NCBI GenBank assembly: GCA_010093815.1 | Contig: ML996579.1 | Direction: 5' to 3' (one strand) | DNA: 64,000 nucleotides | Source of the DNA: Pseudovirgaria hyperparasitica | Lineage: Eukaryota | Shown: piece by piece, positions 63,286 to 64,000 of the stretch | How the letters are laid out: every line of letters starts with the position of its first letter | How positions within the stretch are numbered: position 1 is the first letter of the stretch | The notes under the pieces: model-generated | Told to the model about the DNA's origin: nothing | Databases searched by the model: none | The model's input: only the letters and a program-made list of their open reading frames with translations | Made by a program: the position numbers and the translations under genes

Positions 63286-63727
63286 ACTGGGAGAGGTAAT
63301 GAAGTTTTAGGGAGCTGTTTCGCTACCGCTTATAGAGACTTGTATTACTGGCAAAGGATAAAGGTATTGAAACGAGCTGTTTCGTAGTTGCATGTATAAT
63401 GGATGCTCGTGTCTCGTCATAGAATGAAGTTATGTTGTGGTGGCTCATGGCGCAGACTATTTGATATGACTGCAATAACAGATGCGTCAGAGGGAGGGAT
63501 GACTCTTAGATCTATTCAGTTGTACAGCGGGCGGCGCGGGAGGACCCAAATGCTCCGGCCAAGTTCAAGGCTAAGGCGACAAGGCGCCACTCTCAAGACA
63601 ACCTTGTTCTATATAATATGATTATATGTATGAACTTAGTAACCTATAATTGATATACAGTACATCCATGGATGTCTATATATAGTCGAGCTCACGCAGC
63701 TTAACTAAGTTAGCGTATATTTTACAT

Positions 63728-64000
63728 CTAGCCCCAGCCACGCTGTGGGTCTAGCTTCGACGATTCCTCGTTTACGCTCGACCGCGACTGGCCTACAGCC
63801 TCAGTGGGCTCTGGCTGCACAGCCAATGCCTTTCGCAGTCCAACACCAACTGTTGAACTATTTGTTTCCTCCCTTGAATCTGCCTTCCCGTATACATTCC
63901 TTGCTTCTTCCAGCGTCGCTCTTTGTACCTTATTGCTCCCGTTTATCACTCTCATCTGTTTCCGGCCTCGAATTGTCGCCCTCACACGGACTGGAGAATC
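63728..64000 (-). CDS. Possible 3' end of a gene extending beyond the window
   Basis: Frame open from the window edge to the stop at 63728; no recognisable motif. Confidence 0.35.
   Translation of the reverse strand, partial: DSPVRVRATIRGRKQMRVINGSNKVQRATLEEARNVYGKADSREETNSSTVGVGLRKALAVQPEPTEAVGQSRSSVNEESSKLDPQRGWG

Overview
This is intron-containing genomic DNA from a filamentous ascomycete (Pezizomycotina; the species cannot be determined from the sequence). It holds about 24 protein-coding loci, several of which the ORF track splits or misses. Core or housekeeping genes: nitronate monooxygenase, FOL2, CTK1, STE23/insulysin, GH92 mannosidase, a 4CL-like acyl-CoA ligase, an F-box-like protein, a LovD-like serine hydrolase, a DUF4748-like micro-exon gene, COQ3, TFA2, MLP1/TPR and methionyl-tRNA synthetase. 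Accessory material is interleaved with these. (1) Three secreted HExxH/aspzincin (M35-like) metalloproteases: one minimal, one carrying a 23 x 8-aa repeat, and one with Cys-rich lectin-like C-terminal modules. (2) An island at about 28.1-39.8 kb containing a decayed NACHT-ankyrin NLR pseudogene, TpA-rich RIP-like relics, an intact head-to-head pair (uncharacterised Trp-rich two-repeat protein plus FHA-like Ser/Thr kinase) and a secreted gene with one premature stop. (3) A 420-bp MITE with 22-23 bp TIRs and a 9-bp target-site duplication (Mutator-like). The intact gene pair inside the decaying island is the best candidate for an undescribed system. I could support no rRNA, tRNA or CRISPR. All family assignments come from motif recognition; no database search was run.
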